Assembly: GCA_963749075.1 (NCBI GenBank)
Contig: CAVVLJ010000016.1
Location: forward strand, 160,001-224,000
Origin: an uncultured Pseudomonadota bacterium
GTDB taxonomy: Bacteria; Pseudomonadota; Alphaproteobacteria; JACZXZ01
DNA length: 64,000 nucleotides
Reading direction: 5' to 3'
Shown here: positions 30,573 to 41,167 of the stretch, in pieces
Numbering within the stretch: the first letter of the stretch is position 1
Layout: each line of letters opens with the position of its first letter
Made by a program: the position numbers and the translations under genes
The notes under the pieces: generated by a model
The model's database searches: none
Told to the model about the DNA's origin: nothing
What the model saw: only the letters and a program-made list of their open reading frames with translations

Positions 30573-30626
30573 GATCGAGCGCGGCCGGAGGGCGGCGCCG
30601 ATAAGAGGCAGAAGCTTAGAGGACGC

Positions 30627-32189
30627 ATGGCGGAGGATCGCAACAGCGGAGCGGGAGGGCCGCCGAGGCTGGCTCTCGAGGGCATCACCAAGCGCTTCCC
30701 CGGCTGCCTCGCCAACGACCATATCGATCTCGCGGTAATGCCGGGCGAGCTCCATGCGCTTCTCGGGGAGAACGGCGCCGGCAAGAGCACGCTCGTCAAG
30801 ATCATCTACGGCGTCGTCCATGCCGACGAGGGGAGGCTGCTCTGGGAGGGTGCCCCCGTGCGGATCGCGAGCCCGGCCGAGGCGCGGCGGCTCGGCATCG
30901 GCATGGTGTTCCAGCAGTTCACCCTCTTCGAGCAGCTCACCGTCGCCGAGAACATCGCCCTCGGAACGTCGTACGGCGGCAACATGAAGACGCTGGCCGG
31001 GCGCGTCGCGGCCATTGCCGAGCACTACGGCCTGGCGCTCGAACCCCACCGGCACGTGCACGACCTCTCGGTCGGCGAGCGCCAGCGCGTCGAGATCGTG
31101 CGCTGCCTCATCGAGGCGCCGCGGCTTCTCATCATGGACGAGCCGACCTCGGTGCTGACGCCGCAGGAAAGCGAGCGCTTGTTCGCCACCTTGCGCCGCC
31201 TCGCCGCCGACGGCTGCAGCGTCCTCTACATCAGCCACAAGCTCGAGGAGGTGCGCGCGCTTTGCAGCCGTGCGACCGTTCTTCGCGGGGGCCGCGTGAC
31301 CGCCACTTGCGACCCGCGCGCCGAGAGTGCCGCCTCGCTCGCGCGCATGATGGTGGGAAGCGAGCTCGTCGCCTGCGCGCGCCCGGCAGCACACGCACTA
31401 GGAGCGGAGGCGCTCGCGGCGGACGGCTTGAGCGTGCCGGCCAACGATCCCTTCGGCACCGACCTCGCGGACGTGCGCCTCGAGGTGCGCGCCGGCGAGA
31501 TCCTCGGCATCGCAGGGGTGGCGGGGAACGGCCAGGCCGAGCTCCTGCGCCTCCTCGCGGGCGAGCGCTTCGCGCCGCGGGCAGGCGACATCCGCCTCGC
31601 CGGCGAGCCCGTGGGCCGCCTCGGCCCGGCCGAGCGGCGCCGGCGCGGCCTCGCCTTCGTGCCCGAGGACAAGCTCGGCCGCGGCGCCGTGCCGGGGATG
31701 ACGCTCGCCGAGAATGCGCTCCTGACCGACCGCTCGGGCGGCCTCGTGACGGTCGGCCTCATCCGCTTTGGCGCCGTGCATGCGCTTGCCGCTCGCATCG
31801 CCGCGCGCTTCGGCGTGGTTGCGGCGGGCATCGACGCCAATGCCGAGAGCCTCTCGGGCGGCAATCTCCAGAAGTTCATCGTCGGGCGCGAGATCCTGCA
31901 GCAGCCGAGGATGCTTATCGCCGCACACCCGAGCTGGGGCCTCGACGTGGGTGCGGCACTCGCCATCCACCGGGAGCTTGTGGCGCTGCGCGATGACGGC
32001 GCCGCGGTCCTCATCGTTTCCGAGGACGTGGACGAGCTCTTCGAGATCTGCGACCGCATCGCGGTGATGAGCCGGGGGCGGCTCTCGCCGCAGTACCCTG
32101 TCGCAGCGACCACGATCGAGGAGATCGGGCTCCTCATGGGCGGCGGGCCGGCCGCGGGCGGGACGGAGGGGCGCCATGGCGCTTCTTAG
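30627..32189 (+). CDS. Nucleoside/purine-type ABC transporter ATP-binding protein (double ATPase)
   Basis: ANDHIDL, GENGAGKST, LSVGERQRVEI, MDEPTSVLTP, LSGGNLQK. Confidence 0.93.
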   Translation: MAEDRNSGAGGPPRLALEGITKRFPGCLANDHIDLAVMPGELHALLGENGAGKSTLVKIIYGVVHADEGRLLWEGAPVRIASPAEARRLGIGMVFQQFTLFEQLTVAENIALGTSYGGNMKTLAGRVAAIAEHYGLALEPHRHVHDLSVGERQRVEIVRCLIEAPRLLIMDEPTSVLTPQESERLFATLRRLAADGCSVLYISHKLEEVRALCSRATVLRGGRVTATCDPRAESAASLARMMVGSELVACARPAAHALGAEALAADGLSVPANDPFGTDLADVRLEVRAGEILGIAGVAGNGQAELLRLLAGERFAPRAGDIRLAGEPVGRLGPAERRRRGLAFVPEDKLGRGAVPGMTLAENALLTDRSGGLVTVGLIRFGAVHALAARIAARFGVVAAGIDANAESLSGGNLQKFIVGREILQQPRMLIAAHPSWGLDVGAALAIHRELVALRDDGAAVLIVSEDVDELFEICDRIAVMSRGRLSPQYPVAATTIEEIGLLMGGGPAAGGTEGRHGAS

Positions 32190-33261
32190 GCTCGAGCCGC
32201 GCGCAGCACCCTCGCGGGCCGCGCGCCTGCTCTCCCCGCTCGCGGCGGCGCTTCTGACGCTCGCAGCAGGCGGCCTCCTCTTCGCGGCACTCGGCTATGA
32301 CCCGCTTGGCGCCTTCCGCGATTTCTTCGTGCGGCCGCTCTCCTCGACCTACGGGCTCGCCGAGGTGGCGCTCAAGGCTTCGCCCCTTCTCCTCTGCGCC
32401 CTCGGCCTCTCGATCGGCTTCCGCTGCAACGTATGGAACATCGGCGCCGAGGGCCAATTCACCATGGGCGCCATCGCGGGCGGCGGCTTGGCGCTGGCCT
32501 TCCCGGAGAGCGAGAGCGGCTGGCTGCTCCCCGCCATGCTCGCCGCGGGTGCCGCGGGCGGCATGGCATGGGCGGCCATCCCGGCATATTTGCGCACGCG
32601 CTTCAACACGAGCGAGATCCTCTCGAGCCTGATGCTGAGCTATACCGCACTCCTCGTGCTGAGCTACCTCGTGCACGGGCCGTGGCGCGATCCCGCCGGC
32701 TACAACTTCCCCCAGTCGCGCCAGTTCGGCGACGCCGCTCTCTTGCCGGTCCTCGTCGCGGGGACGCGCCTCAATGTCGGCTGCCTGGCAGGGCTCGCAG
32801 CGCTCGTCCTCGTCTGGCTGCTGCTCGAGCGCAGCTTCATGGGCTTTCAGATCAAGGTGGTCGGCCTGGCGCCGGGCGCCGCGGCCTATGCCGGCTTCAG
32901 CCAGACGCGGCTCGTCTGGCTAAGTCTCCTTGCCGGCGGCGCCCTTGCCGGGATTGCCGGCGTCAACGAGGTGGCGGGGCCGATCGGCCAGCTCCTGCCG
33001 CGCATCTCGCCCGGCTACGGCTTTGCCGCCATCATCGTCGCCTTCATCGGGCGGCTCCATCCCTTCGGCATCCTCCTCGCGAGCCTCCTGATGTCGCTCC
33101 TCTATCTCGGAGGCGAGTCGGCGCAAGTGACGCTCGGCCTGCCCTTGGCCGTGGCTGGCCTCTTCCAGGGCATGCTGCTCTTCTTCCTGCTCGGCTGCGA
33201 TTTCCTGGTGCGCTACCGCCTGCGCTTCGCCCTCTCCGCGCGAGCCGGGGCGGCGCCATGA
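32176..33261 (+). CDS. Nucleoside-type ABC transporter permease
   Basis: WNIGAEGQ, EILSSLML, GYGFAAIIVAFIGRLHP. Confidence 0.92.
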   Translation: MALLRLEPRAAPSRAARLLSPLAAALLTLAAGGLLFAALGYDPLGAFRDFFVRPLSSTYGLAEVALKASPLLLCALGLSIGFRCNVWNIGAEGQFTMGAIAGGGLALAFPESESGWLLPAMLAAGAAGGMAWAAIPAYLRTRFNTSEILSSLMLSYTALLVLSYLVHGPWRDPAGYNFPQSRQFGDAALLPVLVAGTRLNVGCLAGLAALVLVWLLLERSFMGFQIKVVGLAPGAAAYAGFSQTRLVWLSLLAGGALAGIAGVNEVAGPIGQLLPRISPGYGFAAIIVAFIGRLHPFGILLASLLMSLLYLGGESAQVTLGLPLAVAGLFQGMLLFFLLGCDFLVRYRLRFALSARAGAAP

Positions 33262-34187
33262 GCGAGCTCGAGTTCCTCGCGGCGGCGCTGGCGGCCGTGG
33301 TGCGCGCCGGCACGCCGCTCGTGCTCGCCGCACTTGGCGAGCTGGTGAGCGAGAAGGCAGGCGTGCTCAACCTCGGCGTCGAAGGCATGATGCTGACGGG
33401 TGCGGTCGCCGGCTTCATCGCGGCGGCAACGTCTGGCGAGCCGCTCCTCGGCATCGCCGCGGCCGTCCTCGCCGGCATCGCGATGGCGCTCCTCTTCGGC
33501 GTGCTCACCTTGAGCCTCCAGGCCAACCAGGTGGCGACCGGCCTGGCGCTGAGCATCTTCGGCACGGGCCTCAGCGCCTTCGTCGGCCGCGGCTATGTCG
33601 ACGTGATGCTCGCCGGGTTGAAGCCGCTGGCGCTCCCCGGCCTCTCGCAGCTGCCGCTCGTGGGCCCGCTCTTCTTCGACCAGGATCTCCTCGTCTATGC
33701 CTCGGTGGCGCTGCTTTGGGCCGTCCACCGCTTCCTCGCCCATAGCCGTGGCGGCCTCGTGCTGCGCGCCGCCGGCGAGGCGCCGGAGGCGGCCCATGCG
33801 CTCGGCTATCCGGTCGTCCGCATCCGCTACCTCGCCGTGGCGTTCGGCGGTGCCATGAGCGGGCTCGCCGGCGCCTATCTCTCGCTCGCCTATACGCCGA
33901 TGTGGACGGAGAACATGACCGCCGGCCGCGGCTGGATAGCACTTGCGCTCGTCGTCTTCGCCACCTGGAAGCCGCTCCGCCTCCTGCTCGGCGCCTATAT
34001 CTTCGGCGGCGTCAGCATCCTCCAGCTCAACATCCAGGGCGCCGGCCTGCCCTTTCCGCCCGACCTCCTCGCCGCACTCCCCTATCTCGCCACCATCCTC
34101 GTGCTCGTGCTCATCTCGCGCGACGCCCGGCGCATCCGCCTCAACGCCCCCGCCGCACTCGGCAAAGCCTTCCGGCCGGCGGAGTGA
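33258..34187 (+). CDS. Nucleoside-type ABC transporter permease
   Basis: GTPLVLAALGELVSEKAGVLNLGVEGMM, MTAGRGWIALALVVF, LPYLATI. Confidence 0.92.
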   Translation: MSELEFLAAALAAVVRAGTPLVLAALGELVSEKAGVLNLGVEGMMLTGAVAGFIAAATSGEPLLGIAAAVLAGIAMALLFGVLTLSLQANQVATGLALSIFGTGLSAFVGRGYVDVMLAGLKPLALPGLSQLPLVGPLFFDQDLLVYASVALLWAVHRFLAHSRGGLVLRAAGEAPEAAHALGYPVVRIRYLAVAFGGAMSGLAGAYLSLAYTPMWTENMTAGRGWIALALVVFATWKPLRLLLGAYIFGGVSILQLNIQGAGLPFPPDLLAALPYLATILVLVLISRDARRIRLNAPAALGKAFRPAE

Positions 34188-34242
34188 GGCGATACGCCGC
34201 GCGCCCGTGGCTCCGGATCAAAGCCTTTAGCCCGGGGGCGAT

Positions 34243-34394
34243 CTCCCTCGCCTCCTTCAGGAGGAGGGTCGGGGTGAGGAGGCGCTCGGGCCAATCGCGT
34301 CGGAGGCCGTATGCACTCGCTGCGGCCAACCTCCTCACCTTCCCATCCCTTCGCGATGGGCCCCTTCCTCTCCTCCCGAAGGAGGATAGGAGGG
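34243..34394. repeat. REP-like palindromic element pair (CCCTCTCCCC..GGGGAGAGGG/GGGGTGAGG family), degenerate
   Basis: ctccctcgcctccttcaggaggagggtcggggtgagg and its inverted partner cctcacc...cctctcctcccgaaggagga; same family as 42405 and 45772. Confidence 0.65.
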
Positions 34395-34414
34395 AACTCT
34401 CGCCGGCTCCGCCC

Positions 34415-34464
34415 TTGACAGCCCCGCCACCCTTCGGGCACAAATTGTTCGTACACGAACAATT
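34415..34464 (+). promoter_or_regulatory. Promoter and perfect palindromic operator of the Mo-hydroxylase operon
   Basis: TTGACA at 34415; AATTGTTCGT-AC-ACGAACAATT at 34443-34464, a perfect 10-bp inverted repeat that is AT-rich in a GC-rich background. Confidence 0.8.
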
Positions 34465-34487
34465 CGCCGCGGGCTAGGGACGGCAGC

Positions 34488-35330
34488 ATGGGCGGCTACT
34501 TGCGCCCGACGAACCTCGATGACGCGCTCTTGGCGCTTGCCGAGAGGCGGCTGAGCGTGCTCGCCGGCGGCACGGACTTCTATCCCGCCCGCGTCGGCCG
34601 GCCGCTCTCGGACGACGTGCTCGACATCACCGGCCTCAAGGCGCTCAAGGGCATCCGCCGCGAGGACGGCTTCTGGCGCATCGGCGGGCTCTTCAGCTGG
34701 AGCGAGCTCGTGCGCAGCACGCTGCCGCCCGCCTTCGACGGCCTCAAGGCGGCAGCACTCGAGGTGGGCGGCGTGCAGATCCAGAATGCCGGCACCCTCT
34801 GCGGCAACGTCTGCAACGCCTCGCCCGCGGCCGACGGCGTCCCCAACCTCCTCGTGCTCGACGCCGTCGTCGAGCTGGCCTCGGCCGCGGGCATCCGCCG
34901 GCTGCCGCTCGCCGACTTCATCACGGGCAACCGCACGACGGCCTTGCGGCCGGACGAGCTGGCGACGGCACTCCTCGTCCCGCACGTGCCGCGGCCGGCG
35001 CGGAGCCGCTTCCTCAAGCTCGGCGCGCGCAAGTATCTCGTCATCTCGATCGTCATGGCGGCGGCGCTTGTCGAGGCGGGCGAGGACGGCCGCGTGGCGG
35101 CCGCGCGCGTGGCGGTGGGCTCTTGCTCCGCCGTCGCCAAGCGCCTGTCGGCGCTCGAGGCGGAACTCGCCGGCCGCCCGCTCGACGGCCGGCTCGGCGA
35201 GGCCGCGAGCGAGGCGCATCTCGAGCCGCTCAGCCCCATCGACGACATCCGCGGCAGCGCTGCCTACCGCCGGGACGCGGCGTTGACGCTGGTGCGCCGC
35301 GCGCTCAACGAGCTCGGAGCCGCCCCGTGA
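34488..35330 (+). CDS. Xanthine-dehydrogenase-family FAD subunit (nicotinate dehydrogenase-type)
   Basis: LAGGTD, QIQNAGTLCGNVCNASPAAD, PIDDIRGSAAYR. Confidence 0.92.
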   Translation: MGGYLRPTNLDDALLALAERRLSVLAGGTDFYPARVGRPLSDDVLDITGLKALKGIRREDGFWRIGGLFSWSELVRSTLPPAFDGLKAAALEVGGVQIQNAGTLCGNVCNASPAADGVPNLLVLDAVVELASAAGIRRLPLADFITGNRTTALRPDELATALLVPHVPRPARSRFLKLGARKYLVISIVMAAALVEAGEDGRVAAARVAVGSCSAVAKRLSALEAELAGRPLDGRLGEAASEAHLEPLSPIDDIRGSAAYRRDAALTLVRRALNELGAAP

Positions 35331-38123
35331 ACGCCGAGCAGCCCCTCTTGAGCTTCGAAGTCAACGGCCGCCGCGTCACGCTTGCCGTCTCTCCGACGGC
35401 ACGGCTGGCCGAGGTCTTGCGCGAGGAGCTGGGCTTGACCGGCACCAAGGTCGGCTGCAACGCGGGCGACTGCGGCGCCTGCACGGTGCTGGTGGACGGC
35501 GAGCAGATTTGCGCCTGCCTCATGGCCGCCGGGCAGGCGGCGGGCCGCAAGGTCGTCACGGTCGAGGGCCTGGCCCAAGGCGGTGCCCTCAACGCGCTGC
35601 AGCTCGCCTTCCATCGCCACGGCGCCGCGCAATGCGGCATCTGCACGCCCGGCATGCTGATGGCGGCGAGCGATCTCCTCGCGCGCAATCCGCGGCCCGA
35701 CGAGCGGGCGGTCAAGGATGCTCTCGGCGGCGTGCTCTGCCGCTGCACCGGCTACCGCAAGATCATAGACGCGGTGCTCGCCGCCGCGGAGGGCTCGCAT
35801 GCTCCGGAGCCCGAGGCGCCGGCAGCCGGCCGCGCCGTCGGCGCCCGCCTCGCCAAGACCGACGGCATCGCCAAGCTCACCGGCACCGAGCGCTTCGGCG
35901 ACGACGCAGCGCCCGCCGACGCCCTCTCCTTGCGCGCCGTGCGCTCGCCCTACGCCAGCGCGCGCTTCACCATCGGGCCGCTCGACGAGCTGCGACGCCG
36001 GCATCCGGGCCTCGTGCGCGTGCTCACCGCCGAGGACATCCCCGGGCAGAACCGCTTCGGCATCTATCCCGACATCAAGGACCAGCCGGTGCTGGCCGAG
36101 GGCTGCGTGCGCTTCCGCGGCGAGGCGGTTGTGGCACTCGTGGGCGACGCCGCAACGATCGCCGCCATCGCCGACGAGGAGGTGCCGATCCGCTGGCAGC
36201 CCCAGGCGCCGCTCACCGGCATTGCCGCGGCCATGGCGCCGGGCGCACGGTGCCTTCACGAAGATCACCCGGACAACGTGCTGGTGCGCGGCCGCGTTCA
36301 GTCGGGCGACCTCGCGGCGGGCTTCGCCAAGGCGGCGGCGGTGGCCGAGGGCAGCTTCTCGACCGCCTTCGTCGAGCATGCCTATATCGAGCCCGAGGCC
36401 GGTTATGCGCGGCGCGTCCGCGGTGCCGGCGGCGAGGACCGCATCGAGATCGTCGCCTGCACCCAGACGCCATACATGGACCGCGACGAGCTCGCCCTCG
36501 TGCTGGGCCTGGCACCGCGGCAGGTGCGCATCGTGCCGACGGCCACGGGTGGCGGCTTCGGCGGCAAGCTCGACCTCTCGCTCCAGCCGCTCATCGCGAC
36601 GGCGGCCTGGCTCCTCGACCGCCCGGTGCGCGCAGCCTACACGCGGCCCGAATCCATGGCGGCCACGACCAAGCGCCATCCCGCCGAGATCACGGCGCGC
36701 TTCGCCTGCGACGCGCACGGGCGCCTGACCGCCGTCGAGTTCCACGGCGACTTCAACACCGGCGCCTACGCCTCCTGGGGCCCGACGGTCGCCAACCGCG
36801 TGCCTGTGCATGCGAGCGGGCCCTACGCCGTGCCCGCGGTCAAGGCGACGACGCGCGCCGTCTACACCAACGAGACGCCGGCCGGCGCCTTCCGCGGCTT
36901 CGGCGTGCCCCAGGCCGCCATCGCCCACGAGGCGCTGATGGACGAGCTCGCCGAGCGGCTCGCCATCGACGCGCTCGAGTTCCGCCGCCTGAACGCGCTA
37001 CGCCCCGGCGCGCTGACCGCGACCGGCCAGCGGCTTGAGGCGAGCGTCGGCCTCGTCGCCTGCCTCGATGCGCTCGAGCAGCACTGGCACGCGGCGCTCG
37101 GCACCGCCGCGGCCTTCAACGAGACGGGCGGCGTGCGCCGGCGCGGCGCCGGCATCGCCTGCATGTGGTACGGCATCGGCAATACCTCGCTCTCCAACCC
37201 CTCGACCATGACGGTCGGCATCGACGGTAAGGGCCGCCTCACGCTCTACAACGGCGCCCTCGACATCGGCCAGGGCTCCAACACCATCATGGTGCAGATC
37301 TGCGCCGACGCGCTCGGCATCGCCGCTTCCGAGTTCGCCCTCGTCACGGGCGACACCGACCTCACGGCGGACGCGGGCAAGACCTCCGCCTCGCGCCAGA
37401 CCTTCGTCTCCGGCAAGGCGGCCCAGCTCGCGGGCGAGGATCTGCGCCGGCAGAATCCTGCGCCTCGCCAACGTGGGGCCCGCGGCGGCGATCCGCCTCG
37501 AGGGTGCCTCGCTCCTGGTGAGCGAGGGCGGCGTGCGCCACAGGATCGACCTTGCGGCCTTGCAGACAAGCGCGAACGGCGACGTGCTCACGGGGCGCGG
37601 CCATTTCGACCCGCCCACCACGCCGCTCGACGAGAACGGCCAGGGCGAGCCCTACGCCAGCTACGCCTTCGCGGCGCAGATGGCGGAAGTCGAGGTCGAT
37701 CTCGAGCTCGGTACCGTGCACGTGCTGCGCATCGTGGCCGCCCACGACGTCGGCCGCGCCGTCAATCCGACCCAGGTCGAGGGCCAGATCCACGGCGGCA
37801 TCGCGCAAGGGCTCGGCTTAGCACTCATGGAGGAGTTCATCCCCGGGCGCTCGGAGAACCTGCACGACTATCTCATCCCCACCATCGGCGACGTGCCGCC
37901 GATCGAGACCATCCTCATCGAGGATGCCGACCCGCTCGGACCCTTCGGCGCCAAGGGCATCGGCGAGCCGGCGCTCATCCCCACGGCACCGGCGATCTTA
38001 GGTGCCATCTACCGTGCGACGGGCGTGCGCATCCGCCGCGTGCCGGCGACGCCCGACCGGGTGCGCGCGGCACTGCTCGCCGCCGGAAAGGGATCGGGGA
38101 GAGGAGGAGAGGGCGATGGCTGA
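35327..38123 (+). CDS. Fused [2Fe-2S] plus molybdopterin subunit of a nicotinate-dehydrogenase-type hydroxylase; +1 frameshift at about 37454
   Basis: GCNAGDCGAC, QCGICTPG, LCRCTGY, GGGFGGK, AFRGFG, GQGSNT, SRQT, then EGQIHGG and AKGIGE in the next frame; removing one A from cagaatcctg fuses them. Confidence 0.9.
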
Positions 38124-39633
38124 GGCAGCACTGGAGGCCAAGGCGGGGAGCGACGGAGGCATCGTCACCTGCGACGCCTGTCCGGTGCTCTGCCGCATCC
38201 GGCCGGGCCGCACCGGCGCCTGCGACCGCTACGGCAACGTCGCGGGTGCGCTCACCCGCCTGGACGCCATGGTGCTCGCGCAGAAGACCGTCGACCAGGA
38301 GGGCGCGCTCGTGCCCTTCCTCGCCGGTGGGCAGGGCGAGGGCGGCTTCATCGCCGCAGCACCCGTGACCGCGGACAGGCACTTCCTCACCGGCATCGGC
38401 TCGGGCACCACCTATCCCGACTACAAGCCCGCACCCTTCATCGTGGCGAGCGAGCATGCCGGCGTCGACATGGTGACGGTGGTGACCGAGGGCATCTTCA
38501 GCTACTGCGGCGTCAAGCTGAAGATCGACACCGACCGCTACGTCGGCCCCGAGCAGGCGGCGGTGCGCGCCGAGGGCGAGCAGGTCGGCCACGTGACCAC
38601 GGCGGAATACGGCTCCCAGATGCTGGCTATCGGCGGCGTGCGGCACCTCACCGGCGGCAGCAAGAAGGAGGGCGTGGTCGCCTGCAAGACCATGCTCGGC
38701 CTCTGCAACAAGGAGGCGGTCGAGCTCGCGGTCGAGGGCGGTGCCCGGCTCACGGTCCAGGCGGGAAAGCCGCCCGTCATCGACGGCGTCGTCGAGGAGC
38801 GCATGCGCGTCGGCTGCGGCTCCGCCACCATCGGCATCTTCGCCAAGCAATGGCACGGCCACGTCGACGAGGTGGTGGTGGTCGACGACCACATCACCGG
38901 GGTCTTGAGCGAGCACCAGGCGGGCCGCTTCCTCGATCTGCCGCACGCCGGCATCCGCGTGCGCGGCCGGCGCTCGACGCCGGGTCGCTATTTCCAGGTG
39001 GCCGAGCCGGGGAGCGGCTGGGGCGGCACCGCCGTCGAGGACCCGCTCGCCATCATCGAGACGATCGATGCCAAGACCGCTTGGCCGGGCCTGCGCCTCC
39101 TGATGGTGAGCACCACGGGCGAGGACGCCGAATATTTCGTGCTCGACGAGGCGCTCAAGCCGGTCAAGGCGGCGATGCCGGAGGCCGTGCGCAAGGTGGT
39201 GGAGCGCATCGGCGAGAACTGCGAGCCGGCACTCGTCTCCGTGCTCTTCATGGCGGGCGCCGGCGGCTCGCTGCGCGCCGGCGTCACCGAGAACCCGGTC
39301 AAGCTCACGCGCTCGGTCAAGGAGGCGCTCGCCCGCGTGACCTCGGGCGGCGCTCCCGTCTATGTCTGGCCCGGCGGCGGCATCACCTACATGGTCGACG
39401 TGACGCGCATGCCTGACAACGCCTTCGGCCACGTGCCGACGCCGGCGATCGTGGCGCCCATCGAGTTCACCATGCGGCTCGAGGATTACCGCGAGCTCGG
39501 CGGCCATATGGCGAGCGTGCGCCGCCTCGAGGAGATCGGCCGCGTCGACCGCTTACGCGTGACCGCCTGGCACGAGGGCAATCCCTGGCCCTTCGATGCG
39601 CAGCAGGCAGCCAAGCGCCGGACAGAGACATGA
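38116..39633 (+). CDS. hnr: 6-hydroxynicotinate reductase
   Basis: N-terminal CDACPVLC..GACDRY, GSGTTYPDYKPAPFIV, EGIFSYCG, MRVGCGSAT; lies between the Mo hydroxylase and enamidase genes. Confidence 0.85.
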   Translation: MAEAALEAKAGSDGGIVTCDACPVLCRIRPGRTGACDRYGNVAGALTRLDAMVLAQKTVDQEGALVPFLAGGQGEGGFIAAAPVTADRHFLTGIGSGTTYPDYKPAPFIVASEHAGVDMVTVVTEGIFSYCGVKLKIDTDRYVGPEQAAVRAEGEQVGHVTTAEYGSQMLAIGGVRHLTGGSKKEGVVACKTMLGLCNKEAVELAVEGGARLTVQAGKPPVIDGVVEERMRVGCGSATIGIFAKQWHGHVDEVVVVDDHITGVLSEHQAGRFLDLPHAGIRVRGRRSTPGRYFQVAEPGSGWGGTAVEDPLAIIETIDAKTAWPGLRLLMVSTTGEDAEYFVLDEALKPVKAAMPEAVRKVVERIGENCEPALVSVLFMAGAGGSLRAGVTENPVKLTRSVKEALARVTSGGAPVYVWPGGGITYMVDVTRMPDNAFGHVPTPAIVAPIEFTMRLEDYRELGGHMASVRRLEEIGRVDRLRVTAWHEGNPWPFDAQQAAKRRTET

Positions 39634-40505
39634 TCGCGGCGCAACTCCTCCCCGACGGCCGCCGGCTCCATCTCCAGCATGGCCCGATCGATCTCGTCAT
39701 CGAGGCCTGGGGCAGCACGGGCGAGGTCGCGCGCGCCTACGGCCAGGCGCAAGCCTGCTTCCGCGGCCTCCTGGCAACTTTGGTCGGCGAGCTGGCGCTC
39801 CTCAAGGCGCCGCTGGGCGCCGCCTATCCGCGCGCCGAGGGGGCGGTGGCGCGGCGCATGGTCGCCGCCTGCTGGCCCTACCGCGAGGTGTTCATCACGC
39901 CGATGGCTGCCGTCGCCGGTGCGGTGGCCGACGAGGTGCTGGCCGCACTCACGGCCGGCCGCACGCTTGCGCGCGCCTATGTCAACGACGGCGGGGACAT
40001 CGCTTTTCACTTGGCGCCGGGCGAGCGGCTGAGCGCCGGGGTCGTGGCGGACGTGGCGGCACCCTTGCTCTTCGGGACGCTCGATCTCGGCGCCGAGATG
40101 CCGGTGCGCGGCATCGCCACGAGCGGGCGGGCCTGCAAGGGCCAGGGTGGGCGCAGCTTCTCGCTCGGCATCGCCGATTCGGTGACGGTCCTCGCGCGCG
40201 ATGCCGCTGCGGCCGATGCGGCGGCGACCGTCATCGGCAATGCGGTCGATATCGAGCATCCGGCGATCCGCCGGCGTCCCGCCGCGGAGATCGATGCGGA
40301 GAGCGACCTCGGCGAGATTGCGGTTACGGTCGGCGTCGGCCCACTCGAGCCCCGCGCGGTCGCCGCGGCGCTCACGAAGGGTGCTGCGCTCGCGGAGCGG
40401 CTCGCCCGCGCTGGACAGATCCATGGCGCGGTCCTTACCTTACGGGGCGAGTGCCGCGTCGCGGGCGGCGGCCGGCTCGGCATCGCAGCACCGCAAGCCG
40501 CCTAG
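39630..40505 (+). CDS. UPF0280 family (ApbE-like) protein
   Basis: LHLQHGPIDL, TPMAAVAGAVAD, VNDGGDI, GIATSG, SFSLGIADSVTV, ADAAAT. Confidence 0.88.
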   Translation: MIAAQLLPDGRRLHLQHGPIDLVIEAWGSTGEVARAYGQAQACFRGLLATLVGELALLKAPLGAAYPRAEGAVARRMVAACWPYREVFITPMAAVAGAVADEVLAALTAGRTLARAYVNDGGDIAFHLAPGERLSAGVVADVAAPLLFGTLDLGAEMPVRGIATSGRACKGQGGRSFSLGIADSVTVLARDAAAADAAATVIGNAVDIEHPAIRRRPAAEIDAESDLGEIAVTVGVGPLEPRAVAAALTKGAALAERLARAGQIHGAVLTLRGECRVAGGGRLGIAAPQAA

Positions 40506-40526
40506 ATCAGGAGAGGAGACCATGCG

Positions 40527-41114
40527 ATGACGCTCCCGCGCATTCGCAAGCTGATCACGGTCGTCGAGGAGACGCGGCGCGAGATGGGCGAGGCGGTCGA
40601 GCCGCCGACGCGCAAGGCGGCCGCGATCGCGGTGATCGAGAATCCCTTTGCCGGGCGCTCCGTTGCCGACCTCGAGCCGCTCATCGCCATCGGCGAGGGT
40701 TTGGGCGGCATGCTGGGAAAACGCGCCGTAGCCGCCCTCGGCATCGCACCCGGTGAGGCGGAGAGCTACGGCAAGGCGGCGGTGGTGGGCGAGGCCGGCG
40801 AGCTCGAGCATGCCGCGGCCATCCTCCATCCGCGCCTGGGCAAGCCCTTGCGCGAGGCGGTCGAGAAGGGGGCGGCACTGGTGCCGTCGGCCAAGAAGAT
40901 GGGCGGCATCGGCACCGCCATCGACGTGCCGCTCGGCCACAAGGACGCGGCCTACGTGCGCACGCACTTCGATGCCATGGAGGTGCGCGTCCCGGATGCA
41001 CCTCGCGCGGGCGAGATCCTCGTCGCCGTGGTGGTGACCGACAGCGGTCGCCCGCGCCCGCGCATCGGCGGCCTGACCAAGGACCAGATCAAGGGCGAGG
41101 ACGGCCTGCGCTGA
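40527..41114 (+). CDS. Amino acid synthesis family protein (DUF1185)
   Basis: AVIENPFAG, YGKAAVVG..GELEHAAA, DVPLGHKDAAYVRTHFD. Confidence 0.88.
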   Translation: MTLPRIRKLITVVEETRREMGEAVEPPTRKAAAIAVIENPFAGRSVADLEPLIAIGEGLGGMLGKRAVAALGIAPGEAESYGKAAVVGEAGELEHAAAILHPRLGKPLREAVEKGAALVPSAKKMGGIGTAIDVPLGHKDAAYVRTHFDAMEVRVPDAPRAGEILVAVVVTDSGRPRPRIGGLTKDQIKGEDGLR

Positions 41115-41167
41115 GACGCCATCGCAGCGCGCGAGCAAACGGGACAACCGAGGAAGGAGTGCTCACC

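Noticed and set aside
34488-38123. Calling the Mo hydroxylase a xanthine dehydrogenase because of the upstream nucleoside-type ABC transporter
   Set aside because: Translational coupling to hnr and the linked enamidase and MarR favour a nicotinate/pyridine substrate; exact specificity is unproven, so no gene symbol is given.
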